Assembly (NCBI GenBank): GCA_002373935.1
Contig: DFKW01000004.1
Span: 27,704 to 91,703, forward strand
Length of the DNA stretch: 64,000 bases
DNA from: Alphaproteobacteria bacterium UBA3635
Lineage (GTDB): Bacteria > Pseudomonadota > Alphaproteobacteria > Rs-D84
Reading direction: 5' to 3'
Positions 30,196 to 41,627 of the stretch are shown here, one piece after another. Numbering within the stretch: position 1 is the first letter of the stretch; every line of letters begins with the position of its first letter. The position numbers were made by a program, and so were the translations under genes. The notes beneath the pieces are model-generated. The model saw only the letters and a list, made by a program, of their open reading frames with translations. It was not told where the DNA came from and searched no databases.

Positions 30196-32610
30196 TTACA
30201 GTTCTGCACGAACCTCGGTCACCTCGTAACATTCGACACGGTCGCCTTCTTTGATATCGTTATATTTATCAAAACTCATACCAAATTCGACACCACCGGA
30301 CACTTCTTTGACCTCGTTCTTTTCACGACGCAATTCACCGATTTTACCATCGTAAATCACGACATTGTCGCGCAACAGGCGCACAAACGCATCTTTTTTA
30401 ATTGTGCCCTCGGTCATGCGGCAACCGGCAACACGCGTACCTTTGCCAACCGTGAACAATGCGATAACATCGGCGTATCCGATAAAGTTTTCACGATGTT
30501 CCGGCGCCAATTTACCAGACAAAATTTCTTTGATTTCGTCGGTAATGCGGTAAACAACACTGTGATAGCGAATATCAACGCCACACGCACGCGCCATATC
30601 ACGCACCACGCTGTCGGCACGAACATTAAACGCGATAATAACCGCACCCGATGCCGTCGCCAGGCGGATGTCGCCTTCGGTAATTTGACCAACCCCGGAC
30701 GATATAATATCAACGGCGGCTTTATCAGAATTGATGCCACGCAACATATCGGTAATCGCCTCGACAGAACCTTGGACATCGGCACGCAAAATAACCGGCA
30801 AAGTCAATTTTTTCGTTTCGTCGCGCGCCGCAAATAAATCTTGCAGTGACGAACGTTTAACCGCGTTGGCCTTGTCACGCGCCAATTGAGTGCGATATGC
30901 GGCAACCTCGCGCGTTTGGGATTCTGTTTCCATAACGCGCAATTCATCACCGGCGTTTGGCACCGCATCCAGCCCCAAAACCATAACCGGTTGACCGGGG
31001 TGGACCGATTTTACGCGTTCACCAAATGAATTTATCAGCCCGCGCACGCGGCCAAATGTTTCACCAACAACAAATACATCACCGATTTTCAATGTACCTT
31101 GGCGAATAATCATGGTTGCAACCGCGCCCAGGCCACGTTCTTGTTTGGCCTCGACCACGTTGGCAACCGCCGGCATATCATAATCGGCACGCAAATCCAT
31201 CATGGCGGCCTGTAATAAAATGGCCTCTTCTAATTTATCCAGATTTATTTTTTTCTTGGCAGAAATTTCAACACATTGAACATCACCACCCATGGATTCA
31301 ACCTGGACCTCTTGTTGAAGTAAGTCAATTTTAACCTTTTCCGGATTTGCCTCGGGCAGGTCGCATTTATTGATTGCAACAATAAACGGAACATGTGCCG
31401 CACGGATGTGGTTTATCGCCTCGATAGTTTGGGGCATGATTGAATCGTTTGCCGCAACAACCAACACAACGATATCCGCCATTTGCGCACCACGCGCACG
31501 CATCGCGGTAAATGTTTCATGACCGGGTGTATCCAAAAATGTAATCATTTGACCCGACGATGATTTAACCTCGTACGAAGAAATGTGTTGGGTGATACCG
31601 CCCGCCTCGCCGGCGACAACATTGGCATTACGAAACGCGTCCAACAGTGATGTTTTACCGTGGTCAACATGTCCCACAACCGTCACAATTGGCGCACGCG
31701 GTTTCAAATTTTCCGGATTTGGTTCGCGTTCTAATTGGTCGGCATAGGGTTTAACAACAACGCGTTTTACCGTTGCACCAAATTCACCCGCAATCAATTC
31801 TGCGGTATCGGCATCAATCGATTGGTTGATTGATACCATCATACCCATTTCCATCAATTTTTTGACAACATTACCAACCTTTTCCGCCATGGCATTTGCC
31901 AAATCTTTGACAACGATGGTTTCGCCCAAATTCACAACACGTTCAACCTTTTGCGGGGCAGAAAACACCGCACGCGCCTTTTCACGGAAACGTTTTAACG
32001 ATGCCTCGGACCGACGGCGATTTGCACCACGCAATTCGATTTCGTCGTCGTCATCGTCGTCACCACCGCCGATAATAATATCGTTGATAGAAATTTTCCC
32101 AGATTTTTTGAAATCTTTTTTGAACGATTTGTTTGACGGTTTGCGGGACATATCTTCGTCATCATTGCCCGCACGCGCCGGTTTTGTGTAATTGGCAAAT
32201 TGCTGTGATTTTTTCGCATTATTGTTGCGTTCCGGCATTGGTACACTCGGCACATCCACAACATCTGTTTCGCCACCCGCGTTTTCGGCACCGCGTGCGT
32301 TTAATTGGTTTTTAACCTGTTCATATTCGGCGGCCTCGCGCGCAATTTCGGCCTCGCGTGCGGCGGCGGCCTCGGCCTCGGCGGCCTGGCGGCGTTTTTG
32401 TTCTTCTTCGCGGGCACGCGCCGCCTCTAGGACGGCACGCAATTTTTCGTCCGCCGCATTATGTGGCTGTGCGGGCTTTGCCGGTTCGTCACGCAATTCG
32501 CGACTGCCGGGGGCGACAATACGGCGACGGCGTTCAACGAATACCGCATCGCCTTTCTTGCTGTGCACTGCATCCAATGTAACAGATTTTCCAAGTGTCA
32601 ATGTTGCCAT
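30196..32610 (-). CDS. infB: Translation initiation factor IF-2
   Basis: [37 protein letters not shown]. Confidence 0.98.
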   Translation of the reverse strand: MATLTLGKSVTLDAVHSKKGDAVFVERRRRIVAPGSRELRDEPAKPAQPHNAADEKLRAVLEAARAREEEQKRRQAAEAEAAAAREAEIAREAAEYEQVKNQLNARGAENAGGETDVVDVPSVPMPERNNNAKKSQQFANYTKPARAGNDDEDMSRKPSNKSFKKDFKKSGKISINDIIIGGGDDDDDDEIELRGANRRRSEASLKRFREKARAVFSAPQKVERVVNLGETIVVKDLANAMAEKVGNVVKKLMEMGMMVSINQSIDADTAELIAGEFGATVKRVVVKPYADQLEREPNPENLKPRAPIVTVVGHVDHGKTSLLDAFRNANVVAGEAGGITQHISSYEVKSSSGQMITFLDTPGHETFTAMRARGAQMADIVVLVVAANDSIMPQTIEAINHIRAAHVPFIVAINKCDLPEANPEKVKIDLLQQEVQVESMGGDVQCVEISAKKKINLDKLEEAILLQAAMMDLRADYDMPAVANVVEAKQERGLGAVATMIIRQGTLKIGDVFVVGETFGRVRGLINSFGERVKSVHPGQPVMVLGLDAVPNAGDELRVMETESQTREVAAYRTQLARDKANAVKRSSLQDLFAARDETKKLTLPVILRADVQGSVEAITDMLRGINSDKAAVDIISSGVGQITEGDIRLATASGAVIIAFNVRADSVVRDMARACGVDIRYHSVVYRITDEIKEILSGKLAPEHRENFIGYADVIALFTVGKGTRVAGCRMTEGTIKKDAFVRLLRDNVVIYDGKIGELRREKNEVKEVSGGVEFGMSFDKYNDIKEGDRVECYEVTEVRAEL

Positions 32611-32633
32611 TAAATTTGTCCCTTTGGTAATTA

Positions 32634-34184
32634 TTATTCGTTGTCTGGGGTTTCATCATCACTAATGCCGTATGCCAATTCGCGTGCCTTCATAATTATG
32701 CGGCCCGCCAAATGCGTGGACATTGTGTCTTCGCCCAAAATTTCCACCAATTCATCGGACGCCAAATCCGCCAAATCAGACAATGTCTTGATTCCGTTTT
32801 CACCCAATTTAATCAATATCGGGCGTTGAACAAATGTAAAGTTCAACAAATCGTCCGTCATACCCATCGCATGACCCGTATCGATATAGTTTTGTTCTTG
32901 TTTGTCCAAATAATCTTTGGCACGTTTTTGCAATTCAGCCGCCAATTCCGGATTGAAACTGTCGATTGATTCTAATTCAGATATATCAACAAACGCGATT
33001 TCTTCGATTGTGCGGAAACCTTCGTTTATCAAAATTTGTGCAATCATTTCATCAACATCCAAACCATTGATAAACAATTCTGTTTTTTCTTTGGCCTCTT
33101 TGGCACGACGTTCTTGTTCTTCTTCCTCGCTTAACACATCGATTTCCCATCCGGTCAATTGAGATGCCAGACGCACATTTTGACCGCGACGACCAATCGC
33201 CAAAGATTGTTGATCAGGGTTCACAACAACCGCGGCCTTGTGATTATCTTCGTCGATGATGATTTTGGCAACCTTGGCCGGTTGCATTGCGTTCACGATA
33301 AACACCGCCGGGTCTTCGGAATACAAAATAACATCGATTTTTTCACCGTGGCATTCGTTGATAACCGGTTGAATACGCGTTCCCTTGATACCAACAGTCA
33401 TACCAACCGCATCAATCGACGGGTCGGATGTTTCAACCGCAACCTTGGCATGAGAGCCCGGTGCACGCGACACAGAACGAATTTTAATGATGCCTTCGTA
33501 AATTTCAGGCACTTCTTGGAAAAACAATTTTTCCATAAACATCGGGTGCGTGCGGGTTAAAAATATTTGTGGACCGGAATTAGACCGTTCAACATCCATA
33601 ATCAACGCACGAACACGGTCACCAACCACCAACCGTTCGCCCGGAATCATTTCGGTACTTTTAATATAACCTTCGGCCTTGCCATTGATGTCAACATAAA
33701 CATTACCAAATTCAATGCGTTTAATAATACCATTGATAATTGTGCCAACATCATCTTTGAATTCTTCGTATTGATGACCGCGTTCGGCATCACGAACACG
33801 CCCCATCATAATTTGACGCGCCATTTGGAACGCAACACGACCAAATTCGGGTTCCGGCAATGTATCAACAACCGTATCACCAACAACCGGGTTTTCGGCA
33901 TATTTTTTTGCCTGGGCCACCGTCAGCATTGTGTTCGGGTCATATTCTTCACCCACAGATTCCGGGGATTCAATAACACTGAACAAACGCATTGTGTGAA
34001 TTGCGCCATTTTTACGGTCAATAGATGCACTGATATTAAATTCTTCGCCATATTTGTGTTTTGCGATTTTTGCGATTGCGGCCTCTAACGCTTCGAATAC
34101 GATTTCTTGATCAATATTTTTTTCTTCGGCCAAAGATTTGATACCTTCTAATAAATCCTGACGCGGCATAGATACAAACGCCAT
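32634..34184 (-). CDS. nusA: Transcription termination factor NusA
   Basis: FGRVAFQ, QEVPEIYEG, SLAIGRRGQNVRLASQLTGW, C-terminal HhH repeats. Confidence 0.97.
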   Translation of the reverse strand: MAFVSMPRQDLLEGIKSLAEEKNIDQEIVFEALEAAIAKIAKHKYGEEFNISASIDRKNGAIHTMRLFSVIESPESVGEEYDPNTMLTVAQAKKYAENPVVGDTVVDTLPEPEFGRVAFQMARQIMMGRVRDAERGHQYEEFKDDVGTIINGIIKRIEFGNVYVDINGKAEGYIKSTEMIPGERLVVGDRVRALIMDVERSNSGPQIFLTRTHPMFMEKLFFQEVPEIYEGIIKIRSVSRAPGSHAKVAVETSDPSIDAVGMTVGIKGTRIQPVINECHGEKIDVILYSEDPAVFIVNAMQPAKVAKIIIDEDNHKAAVVVNPDQQSLAIGRRGQNVRLASQLTGWEIDVLSEEEEQERRAKEAKEKTELFINGLDVDEMIAQILINEGFRTIEEIAFVDISELESIDSFNPELAAELQKRAKDYLDKQEQNYIDTGHAMGMTDDLLNFTFVQRPILIKLGENGIKTLSDLADLASDELVEILGEDTMSTHLAGRIIMKARELAYGISDDETPDNE

Positions 34185-34368
34185 TTTTAATACTCCTGTG
34201 GTTGGTTTTGTTAAATCCGTTCGGTTTACTAAAAGGGCGGGGCTTTTGGCCCCGCCCTTAAAAAAACTTTTTTTAAGAACATTTGTATTATGACATTAAA
34301 TTTTACGATTGCAAGAAAAATTATAAATAATTTGACGGTTTGACTTTTGGACTCTATACTTATTTATT

Positions 34369-35430
34369 ATGAAGATTATAGACAGGTATTTTTCCCGGCA
34401 ATTGGTTGCAATATTTGTGATGCTGTTGCTGATTTTAACGGGGCTGGCGTGGACAATGCAAATTATGTCCATGATGAAGTTTTTGTTAAATTATGGCATC
34501 AATTTTGCAAGTTTTATCGGACTGGTTGCGTTGTTGATACCGTTTATTATTTCAATAATTATTCCGTTTGTGACATTTATCGCAATTATTTTTGTGTATA
34601 ACAAAACCATTTCTGATAACGAGGCATCGGTTATGATGGCGTCTGGCCTGTCGCCGGCGCAACTGGCGCGGCCGGCATTGTGGTTTGCCGGAATATTGAC
34701 GGCATTAAATTTGGTTTTGAATTTATGGTTGGTCCCTATCAGCCAGAATTATTTTTATGATACACAATGGAATCTGCGGTATGGATTGGCGCATTTAAAG
34801 GTTCAAGAATCTGCATTTACAAATATTACCGATGGTTTGGTTGTGTATGTTGATAAGGTTTCGGGCCATGACATGTCCCAGGTTATGTTGTCTGATACAC
34901 GCAACCCAAATACCGAAATGGTGATTTTTGCCGAAACCGGAAAATTGGTGACAACACCGCGAGGGCTGTCGATTGTTATGGAAAATGGGTCTTTACAGGC
35001 GCGCAATAATTCCATGATAACCGGAACATTTGACACATTTGATATGGATTTAAATGTTGCAACACGCGAGAATTCGTCTTCGTTCCGCGTGCGTCGTCAT
35101 TCAACGCGTGAATTGATAGAATTTTTAGATACGCCGGGGTTGCCTGAAAAAAATACAAAAATGATTTTCAACGAATTGGCAAATCGGATTTGCATGCCGT
35201 TTATGAATTTGATATTGGCGATTGTTTGCACCGCGGTTTTATTAAAAACTTCGCTGTTGCGGCGACGCGCCAGTTTTTCACCCGCGTTGGCGGTATTATT
35301 GATGGCGGTTTTGATGACTTTGTTTATGACATCGGCGAATATGTTGGCATCTTGGCATGATTTTTATATGTTTGCGGCGGGAATTGTTGTGGTGTTGGTG
35401 ATATCTGGGGTAATATTATATAAAAAATGA
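34369..35430 (+). CDS. LptF/LptG family LPS export permease
   Basis: IIDRYFSRQL, DNEASVMMASGLS, 3+3 TM topology; upstream of lptD. Confidence 0.88.
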   Translation: MKIIDRYFSRQLVAIFVMLLLILTGLAWTMQIMSMMKFLLNYGINFASFIGLVALLIPFIISIIIPFVTFIAIIFVYNKTISDNEASVMMASGLSPAQLARPALWFAGILTALNLVLNLWLVPISQNYFYDTQWNLRYGLAHLKVQESAFTNITDGLVVYVDKVSGHDMSQVMLSDTRNPNTEMVIFAETGKLVTTPRGLSIVMENGSLQARNNSMITGTFDTFDMDLNVATRENSSSFRVRRHSTRELIEFLDTPGLPEKNTKMIFNELANRICMPFMNLILAIVCTAVLLKTSLLRRRASFSPALAVLLMAVLMTLFMTSANMLASWHDFYMFAAGIVVVLVISGVILYKK

Positions 35431-37433
35431 AGAAATTAAATTGGTGGATTTTTTGTGTGTTTTGTTGTGCGAACGCATTTGCGTTGCCGGGCACGGTTGA
35501 TGTTGACGGGCCAAAAAACATTACCGCCGATAAAATTGAATACGATGTAAAAAATGCCCAGATTAAAACCGTTGGAAAAACAACAATCACAAATCAATCG
35601 GGTCAAACATTAAAATTAAACAATTCTGATTTTTCAGAACGCGGCGAAAAAATCGCCGGGTCTGACATTGAATTATGGTTGGGCGACCATATTTATATCA
35701 CGGCGGAAACAATATCTCGCGATGGCAATATAACGGTTGCAGATGATGCAATGTTCACCGCGTGTGAGGGGTGTGATTCATACGGCAACGCATGGGAAAT
35801 TTTTGCAACAACAATTAAACACGATAAACAAGAACGCAATTTATATTTTCATAATCCTATATTGTGGATGTATGATTTGCCGGTGTTTTGGTTTCCGTAC
35901 TATTACATGCCGGACCCGGGTGTTAAATATCGCAGTGGTTTATTGATGCCGGATTTTAATTCCACTAATAATATGGGAACACAAATAAATTTACCAATTT
36001 ATATTTCGTTTTCCGAATATCACGACGCAACCGTCACGATGTCTTATTTAACAGATGAAAATCCGTTGGTGCAAATCGAACATCGGTTAAATATGGAACA
36101 TTCTAAATTCAGAACAAACGGTTCATACACCCATAACAAGGCCGGCAAAGACCGTTGGAGTATTTTTAACAATGATGTTATCGAATTGGGCGAATATGCA
36201 CGCGCGGAAATTTCATTGGAGCGCGTATCTGATAAAACATATTTGCAAAAATACGGATTTTATAATTATCAACCTTATTTGGATTCGGGCGCACAAATTG
36301 AATTGTTTGGGCAATCGGGATATGTCGTGGCGGACACTCATTTTTTCCAAGAATTACGCACCGCCGGCCGCACAGAATCATCCATGGATGGAAATATTTT
36401 GCCAAATGTGCGTGGTGTGTATCAAACCGCACCAATTTATCGTGAAACATATGTTTTGTTAAACAGTGATATTTTGGGTGTTGATGGGCATAACAATACC
36501 GGCATGCAACGCGTGATTGGTGATGCGCGAATTGTGTCACCATGGACGATATGGGGTGGAAATCGTATAACTTTGTCAATGGACACGCGTTATGATGTGT
36601 ATAATTTTCAAAATTATGATTTGGTCGATAATCCCGATTTTACCGGTGTTAAAAATCGATTTTTACCCAGTGGATATGTCGAGTGGGGTCTGCCACTGTT
36701 CCGGCCGGGCGAAAATTGGACACATGTGTTAGAACCGCGCGCACGGATAACAATGATGCGACACACAAAATCGGACGAGGTTTTTGCCACCACAAATGAT
36801 TCTGCGGGTGCGTTGTTGTCAGACATGACATTGTTTTCAAACAACCGATTTGCCGGATACGATTTGTGGGAAAACGGCACATTTGCAGATTATGGTCTGC
36901 GTTGGGCAACATATGGCGCGAACGCGGAATCGGCGGAAATATTTTTCGGACAAAGTTATGATTTATCGGGTCGTTCGGACACCGATGCCAACAGTGGATT
37001 TCACAAGGGCGCATCTGATTGGGTTGGACGCGTTGGGTTAAACAATGGGTCTTGGTTGGGATTAAATTCTCGATTCCGTTTTGACCGCGACACATTTGCA
37101 CTGCGCCACATTGAAACAGATGTAAATTTGGGAACTTCGCGCAATTATGTATCGGTTGGACACATTTGGTCCGAACAATTAGACGAGGCATTTTTAGGTC
37201 AAGACATAAACGAAACCACCACCGGGGTCAGAATCCAATTGACAGAACGCTTGTCATTGAACTTTAATGCAGTTTATAACAATACATATCATCAATTCCA
37301 AAATCATTCTGGATTGTTGTTTTATCAACATCCGTGTTATTTCTTGTCTTTGGGATATCGAACCGATAACGCAATTCGACAAGAATATGCCGGAAACACA
37401 ACATTTCAATTTAGATTTGGTTTGAATTATTAA
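35427..37433 (+). CDS. lptD: LPS assembly protein LptD
   Basis: FTACEGC, PDPGVKYRSGLLMP, SDKTYLQKY, LFSNNRFAGYD, C-terminal beta-strand. Confidence 0.92.
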   Translation: MKKLNWWIFCVFCCANAFALPGTVDVDGPKNITADKIEYDVKNAQIKTVGKTTITNQSGQTLKLNNSDFSERGEKIAGSDIELWLGDHIYITAETISRDGNITVADDAMFTACEGCDSYGNAWEIFATTIKHDKQERNLYFHNPILWMYDLPVFWFPYYYMPDPGVKYRSGLLMPDFNSTNNMGTQINLPIYISFSEYHDATVTMSYLTDENPLVQIEHRLNMEHSKFRTNGSYTHNKAGKDRWSIFNNDVIELGEYARAEISLERVSDKTYLQKYGFYNYQPYLDSGAQIELFGQSGYVVADTHFFQELRTAGRTESSMDGNILPNVRGVYQTAPIYRETYVLLNSDILGVDGHNNTGMQRVIGDARIVSPWTIWGGNRITLSMDTRYDVYNFQNYDLVDNPDFTGVKNRFLPSGYVEWGLPLFRPGENWTHVLEPRARITMMRHTKSDEVFATTNDSAGALLSDMTLFSNNRFAGYDLWENGTFADYGLRWATYGANAESAEIFFGQSYDLSGRSDTDANSGFHKGASDWVGRVGLNNGSWLGLNSRFRFDRDTFALRHIETDVNLGTSRNYVSVGHIWSEQLDEAFLGQDINETTTGVRIQLTERLSLNFNAVYNNTYHQFQNHSGLLFYQHPCYFLSLGYRTDNAIRQEYAGNTTFQFRFGLNY

Positions 37434-37451
37434 AGGAAAAGGTCGGGAAAA

Positions 37452-38270
37452 ATGAAAAAATATTTTATTGCAATTTTATGTTTATTGGTACTGCCGGCGC
37501 ATGCCACAACGGTTGTCGCAACCGTCAATGGTAATGCCATCACCGATGCCGATATTACCGCGCGAACAAAATTGATGTCATACCAAGGGAAAACATCAAC
37601 CGACAATCGGCGTGTCGCATTACAAAACATAATTGATGATGCGGTCAAATTAAACTATGCGGCAAATTTTGGTATTAAACCCAGTGATACAGATGTCGAT
37701 AATGAATTAAAGCGCATGGGGCTGCCGGAACTGACACAAAACGAAAAACAAATGGCGCGTGATGCGGTGCGTGCAAATATTGCGTGGCAAATTGTTGTTG
37801 GTCGAACCGTGTTACCAATGGTCGATGTGACGGATTCAGATATCGCCGCCGAACGGGCGGATTTGGTGCGCGGGCGCGGTTTGCCAATTGATATGACAAT
37901 TGTGCGATTGGTTGATGTGCCGGATGATGTGCGCGCAAAACTGACCCGTCCCGCCGATTGTGACGACGCGATACGTATGGCGGAAAATTTTGGTGGTGCA
38001 CCGCAAAAGTTCACGGCGAAACAATATGAATTGGCGGCGGATGTGCGCGACGCGATTGCAGAATTACCAAAACTGACCTGGTCACGCCCGGTGAACAATT
38101 CTGTATTTTTGGTTTGCGACACAAAAAAGACCCCAGAATACGGAAAATTGGATAAAATCATTAAACAAAATGCCGAATATAAACAGGCGATGTTTATGGC
38201 CGAACAACAATTAAAACAACTGCGCCGGCGGGCGGTTGTTGTTATCAAGGACGACAGATATAAATTATGA
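37452..38270 (+). CDS. surA: SurA N-terminal-domain chaperone
   Basis: VATVNGNAITDADI, LKQLRRRAVV; follows lptD. Confidence 0.75.
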   Translation: MKKYFIAILCLLVLPAHATTVVATVNGNAITDADITARTKLMSYQGKTSTDNRRVALQNIIDDAVKLNYAANFGIKPSDTDVDNELKRMGLPELTQNEKQMARDAVRANIAWQIVVGRTVLPMVDVTDSDIAAERADLVRGRGLPIDMTIVRLVDVPDDVRAKLTRPADCDDAIRMAENFGGAPQKFTAKQYELAADVRDAIAELPKLTWSRPVNNSVFLVCDTKKTPEYGKLDKIIKQNAEYKQAMFMAEQQLKQLRRRAVVVIKDDRYKL

Positions 38271-39358
38271 AAACTATTTTATTTTCTTTGAGCGACGCCG
38301 AATTACAAAAATTCGTGATGGATTTAGGCCAACCAAAATTTCGCGCCGCACAAATTCGTGATTGGTTAAATTGTGGTGCGCCTGATTTTGGCGCGATGAA
38401 AAATTTGCCGGAATCACTGCGTACACAACTGGATGCGATGGCGCAAACATTGCCTCTAAAAATTGTAAAAAAATTGCAATCGGCGGATGGGGAAACAACT
38501 AAATTTTTATTAGAATTAAACGACACTGAACAAATCGAGTGTGTTTTAATGCGCACAACATACGGAAATTCCGTATGTGTATCCAGCCAGGCCGGATGCG
38601 CCATGGGTTGTAAATTCTGTGCCAGTACACTACTCGGGTTAAAACGCAATTTGACGGTTGATGAAATTTATTCGCAAATCTTGGTTGCACAATGGGAACT
38701 GCGCCATGGGGATGTAAAAATCCACGCGAACGGCGACCCTAATAATAATGATGTATCGCATATTGTTGTTATGGGAACCGGCGAACCATTACAGAATACC
38801 GAAAATGTTATCGGGTTTTTGGAACGCGCAAATCGCGATATGAACATTTCTTGGCGGCGAATGACGGTGTCAACATGTGGAATTGTTCCGGGAATTTATG
38901 ATTTGATTAAATGGGGGCGGCCAATAAATTTGGCGATATCTTTGCATGCACCAGACGATGCGTTGCGTTCAACGATTATGCCAATAAATAATAAATATAA
39001 AATTGCAGAGGTATTGGCGGCGGCGGACGAATTTACAAAACTGCATAATCGCCAGTTGATGATTGAATATATTTTGTTGGGCAAACGCGGTGAAAATGGC
39101 GAAACGGTTTTATATAACTGCACACCGGAATACGCGGAACAATTATCAAAATTATTGGCGGGTAAAAACGCAATGGTGAATTTAATTCCGTGGAACGCGG
39201 TTGACGAACGCGATTTTGCATCGCCGTCTGGAAACGCCGTGCATCGTTTCCAGGATATTTTAATTAAAAACGGAATACACACACGCATACGGCGCGAACG
39301 CGGCACAGATATTGGTTCGGCGTGTGGGCAACTGCGATTGAATAATAAAAAGGATTAA
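38267..39358 (+). CDS. rlmN: Dual-specificity RNA methyltransferase RlmN
   Basis: CVSSQAGCAMGCKFC, MGTGEP, ISLHA, GSACGQL. Confidence 0.96.
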   Translation: MKTILFSLSDAELQKFVMDLGQPKFRAAQIRDWLNCGAPDFGAMKNLPESLRTQLDAMAQTLPLKIVKKLQSADGETTKFLLELNDTEQIECVLMRTTYGNSVCVSSQAGCAMGCKFCASTLLGLKRNLTVDEIYSQILVAQWELRHGDVKIHANGDPNNNDVSHIVVMGTGEPLQNTENVIGFLERANRDMNISWRRMTVSTCGIVPGIYDLIKWGRPINLAISLHAPDDALRSTIMPINNKYKIAEVLAAADEFTKLHNRQLMIEYILLGKRGENGETVLYNCTPEYAEQLSKLLAGKNAMVNLIPWNAVDERDFASPSGNAVHRFQDILIKNGIHTRIRRERGTDIGSACGQLRLNNKKD

Positions 39359-39360
39359 AT

Positions 39361-40104
39361 ATGGATATACGGTATATTACTTGTTCTGACCCACGCAATT
39401 ATAACAAAATCTCAAATTTATACGATTTGTGGGATATTGACCCCCGCGTTGAAATCGCGGTTCAAATGCACCCAGGCAAAGTTTCACCCGATACCGAACG
39501 GTATAAATGGATTAGGGCATTGGTTGATAGTTTATACATCCGTAAACCAGAATATAATTTGGCGATTCATGTGAATAACGATTGGTGCGATGATATTTGT
39601 AATGGCATAATTCCCAATGCTTTGGAACCATTGTTTAATGCGTCGTCATATTATAAATCTCGCCCGCTGGTACAACGCATACAATTAAACATGCCACAAA
39701 AAACCGCTGAAAATTTTAATCCACAAAAATTGAACAAAGTGATTGAATATTATAACGATAAAGAATTTATTATTCAATACAAACCGACAACCGTCGCCGC
39801 GGTTGATGCGTTGCATAAATCGGGCGCAAGATTTAGTTTGCTGTTTGATGAATCGGGCGGCACGGGGCGTGACGCGGGTGTATGGCGTGCGCCGGTATAT
39901 CCATATTTTCACCTCCAGGGTTATTCGGGCGGTATGTCACCGGAAAATGTTGCCGAAAATTTAACAAAAATATCGCGGGTTGCCGGTGCGCATGATATTT
40001 GGATTGATGCCGAGGGTAAATTAAAACGCGATGATAAATTTGATGTAAATCGCGCGAAACAATATATTCAAAATGCTTTGCGTTGGGATGAAAAACAACG
40101 ATAA
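39361..40104 (+). CDS. Hypothetical protein, probable TIM-barrel (TrpF-like C-terminal motifs)
   Basis: LLFDESGGTG, GYSGGMSPENV, WIDAEGKL; RBS AAGGA. Confidence 0.6.
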   Translation: MDIRYITCSDPRNYNKISNLYDLWDIDPRVEIAVQMHPGKVSPDTERYKWIRALVDSLYIRKPEYNLAIHVNNDWCDDICNGIIPNALEPLFNASSYYKSRPLVQRIQLNMPQKTAENFNPQKLNKVIEYYNDKEFIIQYKPTTVAAVDALHKSGARFSLLFDESGGTGRDAGVWRAPVYPYFHLQGYSGGMSPENVAENLTKISRVAGAHDIWIDAEGKLKRDDKFDVNRAKQYIQNALRWDEKQR

Positions 40105-40174
40105 AAAACATCTGGATTTAATTTTTGTTTTGCACCACAATTAGGCCGATAAAAAAAATAAAGGAGAGAAATCG

Positions 40175-40891
40175 ATGAAAAAAATATCACTGTGGTATGT
40201 TGGTATAATTGCGATTGGGTTATTGTTTGTGGGATTTTTCCCGGGGTATTATTATTATAAATCTAAATTTAATTACAATGCCGTAACGGTCAAGGGCCTG
40301 GCTGAACAAGATGTCGAGGCAAATTTGGCAATTTGGGAAATTAAATTTGTCGCCACAGATAATGATTTAATGCGGGCAAAAAACGATTTGGAAAAACAAA
40401 CCGATGCAATCATTACTTTCTTGCACGATAATAATTTCAGCGATAACGAAATTGAAATGGGTGGCACCGATACAAACGATTTAATGGCAAATCCATATCG
40501 TGGAAATGAAGATATCAAATCGCGCTTTATTTTGACACGCACATTGACGGTGCGTTCGGCCCAGGTGCACAATGTCGCGGAAACATATACAAAAACCGGC
40601 GATTTAATAAGCGCGGGCGTTGTGTTTGAAAATCGGTACGATTCACCGGTGTCGTATATATTTACGAATTTAAATGAAATCAAACCGCAAATGTTGGAAA
40701 CGGCGACGAAAAATGCGCGCCAGGCGGCATTGGAATTTGCAAAATCATCAGACAGCCGCGTTGGCAAAATACATTCTGCAAACCAAGGTGTGTTTTCAAT
40801 TTTACCACGCGATAACGCCAACGCCCCCGAGGCACAACAGATAAATAAAAAGGTTCGTGTTGTTGCAACGGTTGAATATTTCTTGGAATAA
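40175..40891 (+). CDS. SIMPL (DUF541) domain protein
   Basis: VTVKGLAEQDV, IKPQMLETATKNAR..A..FA, ANQGVFSI, KKVRVVATVEY. Confidence 0.9.
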   Translation: MKKISLWYVGIIAIGLLFVGFFPGYYYYKSKFNYNAVTVKGLAEQDVEANLAIWEIKFVATDNDLMRAKNDLEKQTDAIITFLHDNNFSDNEIEMGGTDTNDLMANPYRGNEDIKSRFILTRTLTVRSAQVHNVAETYTKTGDLISAGVVFENRYDSPVSYIFTNLNEIKPQMLETATKNARQAALEFAKSSDSRVGKIHSANQGVFSILPRDNANAPEAQQINKKVRVVATVEYFLE

Positions 40892-40920
40892 AAAAAACGG
40901 CGAAAGCCGTTTTTTTATTC

Positions 40921-41110
40921 CAAAGTTCAAAGTTCAGAGTTCACCCCGTCGCCCGTTAGGCTATGGGGCGCAGGCAGAGTTCAGTTGTTGTAACATTTAT
41001 TTCGTTCTCGGATATTCCCCGTCTTTTCTGTCGCAACGGAGCGCAAGCGCAGACAGACAAAAAGAAGGGGTGGCACGAAACCGCAACGCGGTTGAGTGAC
41101 GGGGCAGTTA
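40921..41110. repeat. Heptamer (CAAAGTT/CAGAGTT) run plus palindromic REP-like elements
   Basis: CAAAGTTCAAAGTTCAGAGTTCA; CCCCGTCGCCCGTTAGGCTATGGGG; CCCCGTC...GACGGGG inverted ends. Confidence 0.6.
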
Positions 41111-41195
41111 ATATTATTTTCACAAATACTACATCCAATGATAAATTAAAACTAGACAACGCAAAATTTTTTTCTATAATCAAAATACCTTTGTT

Positions 41196-41272
41196 GGATG
41201 TTTAGCTCAGTTGGCTAGAGCATCTGCTTTACACGCAGAGGGTCAGGGGTTCGAGTCCCTTAACATCCACCA
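41196..41272 (+). tRNA. tRNA-Val(TAC)
   Basis: GGATGTT acceptor stem, TCTGC-TTTACAC-GCAGA anticodon arm, GTTCGAGTC, CCA. Confidence 0.96.
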
Positions 41273-41386
41273 TCGTTTGGTTGTTTGTATTCCGCCCGGG
41301 TATCGCCTGGGCGGTTTTTTTTACAGAGTGCAGTTTTCAGAGTTCAGAGTTCAGTTGTGGCGTAATCAAACAAAAACGCGGATGCG

Positions 41387-41592
41387 TTTTTGTCATCCTG
41401 AGCGGAGTGAGTCCAACTTGGCGGAACGCCAAAGCCGGACGAACGCAGTCGAAAGTGAGTCACCAATGGTGACGAACGCGGATCCAGGCATATTTGATGT
41501 CGGGCGTATACGCGCCAACAAATTTGTCTTTGCCAAACCTTAGATCCACGCGGTCTAACGACCGCTTTCGACTGGCGCTCAGGATGACAAAA
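41387..41592. repeat. Palindromic miniature element with TGTCATCCTGAGCG terminal inverted repeats
   Basis: TTTTGTCATCCTGAGCG...CGCTCAGGATGACAAAA; inner CAGTCGAAAG/CTTTCGACTG and CGCGGATC/GATCCACGCG. Confidence 0.75.
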
Positions 41593-41627
41593 TGCTGGCG
41601 CATTTTGTCGGTTTGGCAAAAATATTC

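Noticed and set aside
30169-34088. Long plus-strand ORFs antisense to infB and nusA, and similar shadow ORFs elsewhere
   Set aside because: They are antisense shadows of well-supported genes with no independent motifs or RBS.
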